Source: an uncultured cyanobacterium
Lineage (GTDB): Bacteria > Cyanobacteriota > Cyanobacteriia > Cyanobacteriales > Nostocaceae
Assembly (NCBI GenBank): GCA_963740315.1
Contig: CAVUDP010000002.1
Span: 1,760,001 to 1,824,000 of the forward strand
Length of the DNA stretch: 64,000 bases
Reading direction: 5' to 3'
Below are positions 30,131 through 40,280 of this stretch, piece by piece (the first letter of the stretch is position 1; each line of letters begins with the position of its first letter). Made by a program: the position numbers and the translations under genes. A model generated the notes under the pieces. It was not told the origin of the DNA. It did no database searches and saw only the letters and a program-made list of their open reading frames with translations.

Positions 30131-31195
30131 ATGATGTTACAGCTTATTTTCGTTGTTATTGTTGTTATTTCAGGTTCAGCCGTCTGTTCTGGAATAGAAG
30201 CGGCTTTATTTTCGGTTTCGACGCTAAAAATTAGACAGTTAGCGCAGTCAAAAAATCCATCAGCAGTAGCACTATTGGCGATTCGCGAAAACATGAATCG
30301 ACCGATCGCGACTATTGTAATTCTAAATAATGTTTTCAATATTGTTGGTAGTATTCTTACGGGCAATATTGCCAGAACAGTACTGGGAGATACTTGGTTG
30401 GGCGTATTTTCAGGAGTATTGACATTTCTGATTATCATTTGTGCAGAAATTATCCCCAAAACCATCGGCGAACGCTACGCAGAACCAATTGCATTAGTGA
30501 TAGCACTTCCGATCGCTGCATTAACTTTGATATTTACCCCTTTAGTATGGATGTTAGAGAATATTACAGCACCCTTTACTAAAGGTAAAAAGCAACCAAC
30601 AACTAATAAAGCAGAAATCATGTTGTTGTCAGATATTGCTCATCAAGAAGGAATAATTGAACGTGATGAAGCGCAGATGATTCAACGGGTGTTTCAGTTA
30701 AATGAACTGACAGCAGCAGACTTAATGACACCTCGAACAATCCTCACATATTTGCGCGGTAACTTAACTCTTGAGGAAGCCAAAGCAGATATTATCAGTT
30801 CGCAGCATACGAGAATAATTGTAATTAATGAGACTATTGATGAAGTAATTGGTGTTGCATTAAAGCAGAATTTATTAACAGCAATGATAGAAGGAAGGAA
30901 AACTCAAAAAGTTGGAACTTTGACGCGAAAAGTTAGATTTGTACCCGAAACAATTCGCGCCGATCGCTTGATGAGAAACTTCCTAGAAGCACGCGAACAT
31001 CTAGCCGTAGTAGTAGATGAATACGGTAATGTTTCTGGTGTAATTACCTTAGAAGACGTATTAGAAGTAATAACTGGTGAGATAGTCGATGAAACCGATA
31101 AAACCATCGATTTGCAGGCGATCGCTCGTAAAAAGCGAGAAAGAATGTTGCAGTCAATGCGTTTTGTTTATCGATCCGTAGAAAATAAACGGTAA
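30131..31195 (+). CDS. CNNM/DUF21-CBS hemolysin-like membrane protein
   Basis: SGIEAALFS, AEIIPK, MTPR and VVDEYG..GVITLEDVLE motifs. Confidence 0.92.
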   Translation: MMLQLIFVVIVVISGSAVCSGIEAALFSVSTLKIRQLAQSKNPSAVALLAIRENMNRPIATIVILNNVFNIVGSILTGNIARTVLGDTWLGVFSGVLTFLIIICAEIIPKTIGERYAEPIALVIALPIAALTLIFTPLVWMLENITAPFTKGKKQPTTNKAEIMLLSDIAHQEGIIERDEAQMIQRVFQLNELTAADLMTPRTILTYLRGNLTLEEAKADIISSQHTRIIVINETIDEVIGVALKQNLLTAMIEGRKTQKVGTLTRKVRFVPETIRADRLMRNFLEAREHLAVVVDEYGNVSGVITLEDVLEVITGEIVDETDKTIDLQAIARKKRERMLQSMRFVYRSVENKR

Positions 31196-31358
31196 TTCGA
31201 TTTTGGATTTTGGATTTTGGATTTTGGATTGAGGATGGTAATAGGTAATTGGTAATTGGGAGTAGTAAGGAATTATGATTCGTATTTTCTACCCCCTCTA
31301 CCCCCTCTCTCTCCTTGTCCCCTTGTCTCCTTGTCTTCCCCTAACCCCCGAACCCCCT

Positions 31359-31595
31359 CTATTCCCCGTTAAGAGTTCCCTGTTCCCTTATCATTTCCAT
31401 ATAAGCTTTGGGATATACCAATAGGAAAAAACCCATCCACGTTAATAGAGGGATGGTTACTAAAATAGTTAACCAAATCTTGTGAAATAATAGCCAGCTT
31501 CCAGTAATTAGAGTTGTTCCCGTAAGTAATATAGACCAAGGTTGACACCACCAAGGTTTATATTGCCATACACTAATCGGTTTTTGGGGAGTCAT
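31359..31595 (-). CDS. Small conserved cyanobacterial membrane protein (DUF6737-like)
   Basis: WQYKPWWCQPWSILLTG motif and two transmembrane helices. Confidence 0.75.
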   Translation of the reverse strand: MTPQKPISVWQYKPWWCQPWSILLTGTTLITGSWLLFHKIWLTILVTIPLLTWMGFFLLVYPKAYMEMIREQGTLNGE

Positions 31596-31596
31596 A

Positions 31597-32919
31597 TTAA
31601 TTAAGTTTAGAGTTTTGTAGAATTGAATTTAAAGTACTAAGCCACTGATAACAAGGTTCATCTATTGGAGCTATATCTTGTCGCTGTTGTGCTAATGACT
31701 CAGTGTATGCTGTAATCCAAGCTTTTGCTAGCTCTTGCTCCGTAACTATATTGTCTTGTACTCCTCGATTAAATTGCTTTTCAATCCAATCTTTGAAGCT
31801 TAAAATCTCTACAGTAATACCAAAATATTCTTCAATTTCTTGGATACGAGATGTAACTTCTTCTCGTCTTTCCAATTCTACGCTAGTTACAAAGCCAGCT
31901 AACAAAATAGTCGGATGTGCTTCTAATTTTTCTGCAAGTTCTTCAAGTTCATCTCGCAAATAAGCTTTACCATATTTAGCATCCCATGATTCAACAATTT
32001 GATTAGCTTGCAATATTTCTATATCGCCAATATTGCCGTATTTTTTATTTGCCGAACGCATTTGTGATAGCTTTCGTAACGCTCCTTGTGGAAATAGATT
32101 CAATTCTTGCATTGCTTGCATCAAACTATGCATTGCTATCTCCATAATTCGCGCTGCATAATCCGAATAATTGATATGCCTTGATATAAGTTCAGATATC
32201 AATTCTTGGTTTACATTTTCAGTTTGAGTTAAAAAGTTTGTAAGATTATTTAAAGTTTGTGAAACTAAATCTTTAAAAGTTTTTGCCTGATTAAGTAGTT
32301 GCGATAATAAATAATGTAAAGCTGTTTCTGGATTTATATCATTAATTTCAATTGCTTCTACAATATTTATCCATTCTAAACGAGCGCCTCTAATATTGGC
32401 TTTATAAACTGATGAATAAGGATAATTTTCAGCAAGAGAGCGTGTCATCATAATTCCATCTGCGTTTAATCTGAGTAAATCGTATTTACGCAGTACGGGA
32501 GTTATAAATTGCTTATCTAAAGGACGCATTGGTATACCATCTTGCCATGAAAAATTGCTTTTACTTCTACTACCTTTATGCAGTCTAATACTTTGTGCTG
32601 GCTCAATGGCTTTTATACATAATTGAATAATTGTTAATCCAATTAATGCTCTACCAACTTCACTAGTAAGAGAATCTACCAGCTTTTTTAATTTATCTAT
32701 ATAATTTTGATTAATTTGTAAAAAATCAATTTGAGCCACATTATCGCGGCAATAAATAATTTGCTTTTCTAAATAATTATTAGAAAGTTCGCTAGTAATT
32801 GTTTGATATCTTTGCTTTGCAGCTTCATTCATAGCACCTTCGATAAAAATCTGTGTAGTGCCATCAGGTAAAACAAGCTCGCTTCTATCGTTAAATACTC
32901 GTAAATGCAATTCACTCAT
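31597..32919 (-). CDS. Putative PD-(D/E)XK restriction endonuclease partnering the adjacent C5 methyltransferase
   Basis: Overlaps the MTase stop by 8 nt; GNIGDIEI..ESWDAK catalytic-like motif. Confidence 0.65.
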   Translation of the reverse strand: MSELHLRVFNDRSELVLPDGTTQIFIEGAMNEAAKQRYQTITSELSNNYLEKQIIYCRDNVAQIDFLQINQNYIDKLKKLVDSLTSEVGRALIGLTIIQLCIKAIEPAQSIRLHKGSRSKSNFSWQDGIPMRPLDKQFITPVLRKYDLLRLNADGIMMTRSLAENYPYSSVYKANIRGARLEWINIVEAIEINDINPETALHYLLSQLLNQAKTFKDLVSQTLNNLTNFLTQTENVNQELISELISRHINYSDYAARIMEIAMHSLMQAMQELNLFPQGALRKLSQMRSANKKYGNIGDIEILQANQIVESWDAKYGKAYLRDELEELAEKLEAHPTILLAGFVTSVELERREEVTSRIQEIEEYFGITVEILSFKDWIEKQFNRGVQDNIVTEQELAKAWITAYTESLAQQRQDIAPIDEPCYQWLSTLNSILQNSKLN

Positions 32920-34900
32920 TGATATTGCCTAAACTTTTTCGTAATTGTATACTTCTAGGTGTTAATGTCGGAAAAGCATAGGGAATCAAATACTTACCTA
33001 GAGGTATTTGAGAATTCGTATTATGGTTTCTCACTTCATAACCAATACTGCGTAATGACTGAAGATAAGAAAACACATTTTCTGGCTCTACTGTCCATAA
33101 AGATGCTAATTCATAAATTGATAATTGCTTTGCAACTCCTATACCCCTAACTAAAGATTGAAGTACACGCCAGAAAAGATTTACTTTTAATTCAGGATTA
33201 AAATTCATTATTCCCGTAATTTTAGAACTGTATTGATAATAGCCAGAAAGCTGAATCAAATCTGCCATACCTGTAATTTCTAAAAGTTTTTCTTCAAAAG
33301 CTTTCCAAAGCGCTGTAAATAAATTTACGTCTAACTGTTTAGCACATAGCCTTACTTTATCAGTCCCTAATACCCAATTTTCGTTACCCCAACAAGGTAA
33401 TATCTCGATCGCGAATTTATTTTTGTCTTGTGTATCACCATCAGCTATAATCTCCCAGCAATTATCATTCAATTCATATTTAATATTGATTTTAATGCTT
33501 TTAGAAAGTTGACGTTTATTCCAAGCAAAATTATCTGATAAATATCGTACAACTTGTTCTTCATTCGTGCTTTTTTTAATTAATATCGATGTTCTTGATT
33601 TGCTATTATTTAAAAATATAATTCCTTCTTTCGCCTTTTGAGCATATATTTTTGTTAACTGCCGCTTTCTTGTTCTAAATCCTAACTGTTTATTTTCTGG
33701 TAAGTAGTGCATGGGGAATGGTAGCGCTACACCCATAACACTATCTAGAATACTCAAAGCCAAAATTCGACCTAACTGAGGTGGAACAGAATTTCCGATT
33801 TGTTCTATACAAACTTGACGATTTCCGACGATTTCATAAGCATCAGGGATAGTTTGTAAACGTTTCAATTCGGCAATTGTAAATCTACGATTTTCCCAAC
33901 TGAAAGGACCTGTATATTGTCCCCCTTGTGCTTTAATTGTCCTTACTGGCATTTCAGGATCGGCTTTATAAAGAAAGTCAGAAAACTTAGAACGCCAGCT
34001 AAATACAGGATTGGGATGACCCATTTCTTCTGTATAAAAACTATAGTTTAATCCTGGCGGTATATCATTAAGAAGATGTCCGTATTTTCCGGTAAGACCT
34101 TCTTCTATCAATTCTGAAGAATCTACTCCTATAAGTGCATTTTTAGCAGTTATAAATGGTTCTTGACCTGGAGAATCGGGACCATGCGTAGGATAAGGAA
34201 AAAGATAATTACCTTCTTTCAATCCCACAATAAATAAACGTTCTCTATGTTGAGGAACTGCATAATCTGCTGCATCGAGAATCCGAAAAAAAATCTTGTA
34301 ACCAGCATTTTTAAAAGCATCTTGTATTGCTTGCCAATCTTTACCTTTTTGCGCTCCCATAATTCCATATACATTTTCAAATAGAAATCCTTTGGGTTGC
34401 AAAGTTTTCAGCAAGCGGACATATTCTTCAAATAAAGTACCGCGACAATCGTTAGTACCCGAAACACCAGCAGCCCTACGCCCAGCGGCAGAAAAACTTT
34501 GACAAGGTGGTCCACCAATAATAAAGTCTACTTGTAAGTCGGCGCTGGGGAAAAAATCTTTTATATCAATACAAATTGGTTCAGAGTTTTCTAACCATTT
34601 GCCAGACATTGAGTTTTTTTCTAATGTTTTACAGTATTTAGCTTCAAGTTCAATCATGCGAACAATATCGAAGCCAGCATCATGAAATGCAATATCTAAT
34701 CCACCACCACCGGAAAACAAGCTTAATGTTTTAATAGGAGCGTAATTTTGTTTATTGAGCCACTGACGTATACATAAACCAAATTTATCTGGTAATAGAG
34801 ATTTATCCTCAATGTCAAGCGCTTCTAATATTTGTTGAAACCACGTAATTTCTTGTAAATGCTCATCAGAAAAATTTAAAGGTAGCGATAGTTGTTTCAT
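32912..34900 (-). CDS. DNA (cytosine-5)-methyltransferase with long C-terminal extension
   Basis: FSGGGG (motif I), GGPPCQSFS (IV), FENV (VI), QHRERL (VIII), RLQT and IGNSV (IX/X), then ~270 extra aa. Confidence 0.93.
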   Translation of the reverse strand: MKQLSLPLNFSDEHLQEITWFQQILEALDIEDKSLLPDKFGLCIRQWLNKQNYAPIKTLSLFSGGGGLDIAFHDAGFDIVRMIELEAKYCKTLEKNSMSGKWLENSEPICIDIKDFFPSADLQVDFIIGGPPCQSFSAAGRRAAGVSGTNDCRGTLFEEYVRLLKTLQPKGFLFENVYGIMGAQKGKDWQAIQDAFKNAGYKIFFRILDAADYAVPQHRERLFIVGLKEGNYLFPYPTHGPDSPGQEPFITAKNALIGVDSSELIEEGLTGKYGHLLNDIPPGLNYSFYTEEMGHPNPVFSWRSKFSDFLYKADPEMPVRTIKAQGGQYTGPFSWENRRFTIAELKRLQTIPDAYEIVGNRQVCIEQIGNSVPPQLGRILALSILDSVMGVALPFPMHYLPENKQLGFRTRKRQLTKIYAQKAKEGIIFLNNSKSRTSILIKKSTNEEQVVRYLSDNFAWNKRQLSKSIKINIKYELNDNCWEIIADGDTQDKNKFAIEILPCWGNENWVLGTDKVRLCAKQLDVNLFTALWKAFEEKLLEITGMADLIQLSGYYQYSSKITGIMNFNPELKVNLFWRVLQSLVRGIGVAKQLSIYELASLWTVEPENVFSYLQSLRSIGYEVRNHNTNSQIPLGKYLIPYAFPTLTPRSIQLRKSLGNINE

Positions 34901-35006
34901 ATCTGATTCGGATAAATAAACTTTTATTATAAAAATATAGGGCAAGCCCTGAAGCCCACCCTACAAATAAATGATTAAATTTACAATTAAATTTAAAACA
35001 AAATAT

Positions 35007-36080
35007 CTACCTTTCCACAACTTCCCTTACCAATTGCGCTAATTTCTCAGCACTTTCGGGAACCGCTACTGTCTTGGCTTTTTCGCTCATTTCTTGCAAT
35101 TTTTCGGGCGATCGCAATAATTCCAACACCTGAGTTTGCAGTTTCTCGGCGGTTAATTCTTTCTGCTGAAATAATATCCCCGCTCCCGCTGTTGTATATA
35201 CTTGAGCGTTGTAGGTTTGATGGTCTTCTGCTGCGTAAGGATACGGTATTAAAATCGCTGGAACTCCGCATACAGCTAATTCTGTAACGCTACCAGCACC
35301 CGAACGACTAATAGCTAAATTGGCTCGCTGCAACAGCGCTGCCATGTTGTTATAAAATGGCATCGAAATATACTGAGTATGCTTAAGACTATCGGCTTCT
35401 GGGTCATTATCGCCTGTTAAATGCACTACATAAGCACCAGCCTCAAACCACGTCGGGGCACTTTCACGCACTAATTTATTTACCGAAACTGCCCCTTGAG
35501 AGCCGCCGAAAACTACTATTACGGGTACATCTTCAGGAATTGGTAAATCTAATGATGCTTTAATTCCCGGTTCTAAAAATGCTTTTCGTACAGGAGTACT
35601 AGTATATATAGTTTTGTTCTTAGGTAAATATTTTGCCGCAGCTTCAAATCCAACGGCTACAGCATTACACCAAGGACCAAAAAAGCGAGTTACTTTTCCT
35701 GGTATTGCGTTAGATTCGTGAAGAATTACGGGTAAACCTAGAGAACGAGCCGCAATTACCGCAGGGCCGGAAATATAGCCTCCGGTGGTGAAAACTCCCT
35801 CAAATTTACCTTGTTTTAAGATTTTTCTAACCTGTAGAATTGAACCACACAGTTTACCCAAGGTGAGTAATGAAGAAAAGCCCAAACCTTTTTGGAACCC
35901 TTCAACTCCAATGGTATTCAATTTATACTGATTGGGAACCAGCTGCGTTTCTAACCTGTTAGGGACACCCAGCCATTCAATTTGATAATCTGGCAATTGT
36001 TCCGCAAGTGCGATCGCCGGAAATAGATGTCCGCCAGTTCCGCTGGCTGCTATAAGTAATCGTATAGGAGCGTCTTGCAT
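35007..36080 (-). CDS. murG: Undecaprenyl-PP-MurNAc-pentapeptide GlcNAc transferase MurG
   Basis: SGTGGHLFPA, GGYIS, HESN, GGSQGA, SRSGA and HQTYNA motifs. Confidence 0.97.
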   Translation of the reverse strand: MQDAPIRLLIAASGTGGHLFPAIALAEQLPDYQIEWLGVPNRLETQLVPNQYKLNTIGVEGFQKGLGFSSLLTLGKLCGSILQVRKILKQGKFEGVFTTGGYISGPAVIAARSLGLPVILHESNAIPGKVTRFFGPWCNAVAVGFEAAAKYLPKNKTIYTSTPVRKAFLEPGIKASLDLPIPEDVPVIVVFGGSQGAVSVNKLVRESAPTWFEAGAYVVHLTGDNDPEADSLKHTQYISMPFYNNMAALLQRANLAISRSGAGSVTELAVCGVPAILIPYPYAAEDHQTYNAQVYTTAGAGILFQQKELTAEKLQTQVLELLRSPEKLQEMSEKAKTVAVPESAEKLAQLVREVVER

Positions 36081-36180
36081 TAACCCTTTACCTGTCAGCG
36101 CCTAGCTTGAATAAGATAAAACAATTTCCTGGTTTTTGGTAGACTCATCCGGAATTTCACCCTTAAAGGGAAGTTTTAGA

Positions 36181-37101
36181 ATGAGTTATACATCAAAACA
36201 GCGAATAAGTACTGTAGTTAAATTACCTACAACATTATCACCAATGCCTAACTTTAATACCTTAATACCCGGACGAAAATCAAGAGTGAATAGTAGCCGT
36301 TGGGCAATTTTATTTATACTGACGCTTGGTTTATCTACTGGTTGGAAACCCGCCCAAGCGAATGCACCACAGAATACATCTTCCCAAGACAAAATACTCT
36401 TAACACAAAATACATCACAAAATGCACCCCCCCAACTTAAAAGTGTCCTAACGCAAATTGATGCAGCTGCAAACCGCCGTAATATTAATGGTGTAATGAA
36501 CTTTTACAGTTCTAATTTTGTTCATGGAGACGGATTAAACCGTTCGAGCATGGAACAAGCTGTAACTTCTTTGTGGAAGAGTTATCCAAGCTTGAGATAC
36601 AATACCAAACTAGAAGCTTGGGGTACTCAAGGTAATAGCATTATTGCCGATACGGTAACAAATATAGTTGGTTTACCTTCAGCAAATAATAAATTAGGCA
36701 TGAACTCCACCATTAAATCGCGTCAGCGCATCGTTAATGGTAAAATTGTTCGTCAAGATATTTTATCGGAACGCACTGAACTCACTTCTGGTGTCAATCC
36801 TCCCAAAGTAGATATTAATTTACCCGCCCAATTAAAAGCCGGACAGCAATATTATTTTGATGCAATTGTCAACGAGCCTCTTGGCGATGATTTTCTCTTA
36901 GGTGCGGCGCTAGACGAAGCCGTTAAACCAGGAAAATATCTCAACCCAACACCTGTAGATTTGGAATTACTCTCCGCCGGTGGAATATTCAAAGTTGGAC
37001 GCGCACCGACTACACCTGGTAATCAATGGATTTCAGCGGTATTAGTCCGAGGAAACGGCATGACTATGATTACTCAGCGCGTACCAGTTGTAGGAAGATA
37101 A
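36181..37101 (+). CDS. Secreted NTF2/SnoaL-like fold protein (start uncertain: 36181 or 36244)
   Basis: Signal peptide ending in AQA; IDAAANRRN..FYSSNFVHGDG pattern. Confidence 0.7.
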   Translation: MSYTSKQRISTVVKLPTTLSPMPNFNTLIPGRKSRVNSSRWAILFILTLGLSTGWKPAQANAPQNTSSQDKILLTQNTSQNAPPQLKSVLTQIDAAANRRNINGVMNFYSSNFVHGDGLNRSSMEQAVTSLWKSYPSLRYNTKLEAWGTQGNSIIADTVTNIVGLPSANNKLGMNSTIKSRQRIVNGKIVRQDILSERTELTSGVNPPKVDINLPAQLKAGQQYYFDAIVNEPLGDDFLLGAALDEAVKPGKYLNPTPVDLELLSAGGIFKVGRAPTTPGNQWISAVLVRGNGMTMITQRVPVVGR

Positions 37102-37105
37102 GAAC

Positions 37106-37324
37106 TGTAGAGACGTAGCACCGCTACGTCTCCATGTATGTTCAATGTGTATCAAAAATCAGCTTACAACAGTATTATGAGTTATGAATTTTTTTTGCTG
37201 TTGATTCATCAAATAAAGTTAGCTTGGGAATTATAGCGAAAGTGTTTTTAAAGGATTAAAAATCTTTTCATAATCGCGTTTGAAATTAACATTTAAACAG
37301 ACTCCGCATTGCTACGTCTCTACA
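37106..37324. mobile_element. REP-doublet/MITE-like element with 15-bp inverted ends
   Basis: TGTAGAGACGTAGCA (37106-37120) and TGCTACGTCTCTACA (37310-37324); related remnant near 39861. Confidence 0.65.
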
Positions 37325-37341
37325 ACTCCTAACTCCTCTTT

Positions 37342-38112
37342 ATGGCTTCAATTCAAAATCAAATTGTATTAATAACTGGTGCGAGTAGCGGAATCGGTGC
37401 ATCTTGCGTCAAATATTTTGCAGATGCTGGTGCAAAGTTAATTTTAGCCGCGCGACGGTTGGAACGTTTGCAGCAACTTGTGGAAAATTTGCAATTACCA
37501 TCCGAACAATTCCATTTGATAAAACTCGATGTCCGCGATCGCAATGCTGTAGAATCTGCTATATCGAAATTACCCGCTCAATGGTCAAATATCGATATTC
37601 TCATCAATAATGCCGGTCTTAGTCGCGGTTTAAACAAGCTGCAAGAAGGTAGTTTCCAAGACTGGGAAGAAATGATTGATACCAATGTTAAAGGTTTGCT
37701 TTACCTGACTCGCTACGTAGTTCCGGGAATGGTCGATCGCGATCGTGGTCATGTAGTTAACATCGGTTCGATCGCCGGACATCAAACTTACCCCGGTGGT
37801 AATGTCTATTGTGCTACCAAAGCCGCAGTTAAAGCAATTTCTGAAGGTTTAAAACAAGATTTGTTAGGAACAGCCATCCGCGTCAGTTCCGTCGATCCGG
37901 GTTTAGTAGAAACTGAATTTAGCCAAGTAAGATTTCATGGAGATGACGAAAAAGCGAATAAAGTATATCAAGGATTAACTCCCCTCACCCCCGATGATAT
38001 TGCCGATGTCGTATTATTTTGCGTAACTCGTCCAGCACACGTTAATCTCAGCGAAATATTGTTAGTACCAGTCGATCAAGCAAGCGCAACGATGGTAAAT
38101 CGAAAGGTTTAG
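37342..38112 (+). CDS. SDR family oxidoreductase (YdfG-like)
   Basis: TGASSGIG, NNAG, YCATK and PGLVETEFS motifs. Confidence 0.92.
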   Translation: MASIQNQIVLITGASSGIGASCVKYFADAGAKLILAARRLERLQQLVENLQLPSEQFHLIKLDVRDRNAVESAISKLPAQWSNIDILINNAGLSRGLNKLQEGSFQDWEEMIDTNVKGLLYLTRYVVPGMVDRDRGHVVNIGSIAGHQTYPGGNVYCATKAAVKAISEGLKQDLLGTAIRVSSVDPGLVETEFSQVRFHGDDEKANKVYQGLTPLTPDDIADVVLFCVTRPAHVNLSEILLVPVDQASATMVNRKV

Positions 38113-38133
38113 TTAATTGTCAATTTGTATTTG

Positions 38134-38344
38134 GTAGGTTGGGTTAGACGCATTTCGGAATCATCAAATCAAACTCAAAGTAATGAAAGCGTCGTAACAC
38201 AACATCAATGTGTCGGTATTTCGCAACATCCTACATTCGATTAAAGATAATATTGTTTATCCACAATTATAATGTTGGGTTACGACACGAAAATATCAAT
38301 TATCGTTACAATTTAATTCGGTAAACGTATCTAACCCAACCTAC
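38134..38344. repeat. GTAG-type REP composite element with inverted ends
   Basis: GTAGGTTGGGTTAGA ... TCTAACCCAACCTAC with internal CGTAACACAACA / TGTTGGGTTACG arms. Confidence 0.8.
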
Positions 38345-38358
38345 AAATCTACAAAATA

Positions 38359-38577
38359 TTAAGCTACATCAGAAAAACTTGGTTCGGGAAGCGCATCACC
38401 ATTCTCCTGATAAGCAATAATTAATGATTCTAAAGCTTCAGTACCGTTTGCAACCGCATCTTTGTAAGTATCTCCATGAGTCCGCCATTTTTGACCTGGA
38501 AAATCGGGAAATCCAACTAAAAAGCAATTATCTTCATTAGACCATTGAATCACCATTTGATATTTAAGCTTCTTCAT
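38359..38577 (-). CDS. hicB: HicB family antitoxin
   Basis: YQMVIQWSNEDNCFLVGFPDFPG..THGDTY..A motif; directly downstream of hicA. Confidence 0.9.
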   Translation of the reverse strand: MKKLKYQMVIQWSNEDNCFLVGFPDFPGQKWRTHGDTYKDAVANGTEALESLIIAYQENGDALPEPSFSDVA

Positions 38578-38782
38578 CTTGTTCCTTATCCTCAACTTCT
38601 TCAATTGCCTGTGTTACTTCTTTTTCTTGATAGCGTTTAGCGTCTGCGCTGTCTTTACCAGCCACTGTGATTTTTCCTGTATATAAAGGATGAATCCAGT
38701 TAGTGTGACTTCCCTTACCTGCAAGTTCTGCGAAACCAGCTTGACGCAGCATTTGCTTAAGTTCTCGAACTTTTTTTGGCAT
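38564..38782 (-). CDS. hicA: HicA family toxin
   Basis: KVRELKQMLRQAGF..GKGSHTNWIHP motif. Confidence 0.9.
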   Translation of the reverse strand: MPKKVRELKQMLRQAGFAELAGKGSHTNWIHPLYTGKITVAGKDSADAKRYQEKEVTQAIEEVEDKEQDEEA

Positions 38783-38869
38783 CACCCTTAAATAATATTT
38801 CAAATAAATTAGGCATTGCTAATTTATTTGTTATGTAATCTAAAACAAAACCGTAGCAATGGGGGAATC

Positions 38870-38998
38870 TACACCCAACAGTGAGTTATCGGTATTTTCC
38901 AACATCCTATATATCATTAAAAATAATGTTGGGTTACGACAAGAAAATATAAATTCTCGTTACAATTTAATTCGGTAAACGTATCTAACCCAACCTAC
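38870..38998. repeat. Second, partial copy of the 38134-38344 REP composite
   Basis: 38924-38998 matches 38270-38344 at 72 of 75 nt. Confidence 0.85.
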
Positions 38999-39032
38999 GA
39001 ATTACTAACAAAAAATTTCCCCAGTATTATTA

Positions 39033-39686
39033 TTAATTTTTCACTATATGCTTTATAGCTCGCCGACGTATTAATAAACTAACCGCAATTAAGCTAAAAC
39101 CAACTAAAGTTGTGGTATTTGAAGATTCCGGAACTTGACGAGGGGTTTGGAAAGAGCCACTTAAAAAAGCCTGACTTTTAAAGGGAGCAGTTGGATCTAG
39201 GTTGAGCGTATCATTCTCCAAAAACGTGAATGTACCAGTCGCACCCGTGAATCTTCCCGAACCACCAGTGATGTTAAAAGCTCCAGTCGCAGTACCAACA
39301 AGGTTTTGAAAATCGAGTGCAGCCGTACCAGTAATATTGCCAAAAAGGCGATCGCTCCCATTTCCAAAGAAAGTAACACCACCTGTTGGTAAGTTTTCCA
39401 AACCAAATTCTGCCGCATCGGGGTTAAATGTAATTGTGCCAGTCGAGGGTTCAATTTGACCGTAGTTTGTATTTACAAACTTTGTTAAACCATATGGCGC
39501 ATCTGTACTTTCGGCTGTAATAGTTACTTTTGATACATTATCTACGATCGGCGTAAGGGTATTTTCTGAGTTATATGTTGCCTCAAACGGGTAAATAGTC
39601 TGTGCCGTTGCTGATGTATTGCTTGAAATAAAACTCAAGATTGTAGCAGCAAGCGTACCAAACTATATAGCCTGCAAGCGAATCAT
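39033..39686 (-). pseudogene. PEP-CTERM-like exported protein with an in-frame TAG in its signal peptide
   Basis: ATG at 39686 (AAGGA RBS) reads MIRLQAI*FGTLAATILSFISSNTSATAQ, in frame with the 201-aa ORF ending VPES..TM..RRR. Confidence 0.75.
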
Positions 39687-39989
39687 AATTAATATTCCTT
39701 GATGCTTATATAATGTTCCTTAGATTAAAAATAAGTTACCGTAATTTTGTAAAAAAAGAAACCCTTATAAAAAAAAGGGAGTGGGTATAATGCATCTTTT
39801 AAATTAGCATTCATTGTTCCGTTTTGATTATGATAAGACTCGATACTAATCTAAATACAGGGAGACGTAGCAGTGCGGAGCTCTCTACATTGTTAATGGG
39901 TTTTAAACAAATTTATGGCAAAAAAACTCATCATGAGTATGATTTAATCAGTTTTCTAGAGTAAACTTCCTTAGAAATGAACAACCTTG

Positions 39990-40163
39990 TAATTGGTGCG
40001 ATCGCCAGTGACGGCAGATGGGCTTGCTGCCGGAGCAATGTTGTTTGTAATTAGTGACGAAATCATTCCCGAATCTCATCGTCAAGGCTTAGAGCAAGAA
40101 GGAACTATAGGATTAATGTTTGGATTTGTGGTAATGATGTTTTTAGATATTGCATTAGGTTAA
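39990..40163 (+). pseudogene. C-terminal remnant of a ZIP/GufA-family metal transporter
   Basis: 40026-40163 translates AAGAMLFVISDEIIPESHRQGLEQEGTIGLMFGFVVMMFLDIALG*; no intact 5' part. Confidence 0.8.
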
Positions 40164-40280
40164 ATGGGAATGGGGAGAGGGGGTAGAGGGGGTAGAGGGG
40201 GGAGAGGGGGTAGAAAAAATTATTAATTACTATTTATAAATGTAATATTTGTAATCTAATGACCTTTAACCTAATTCATC

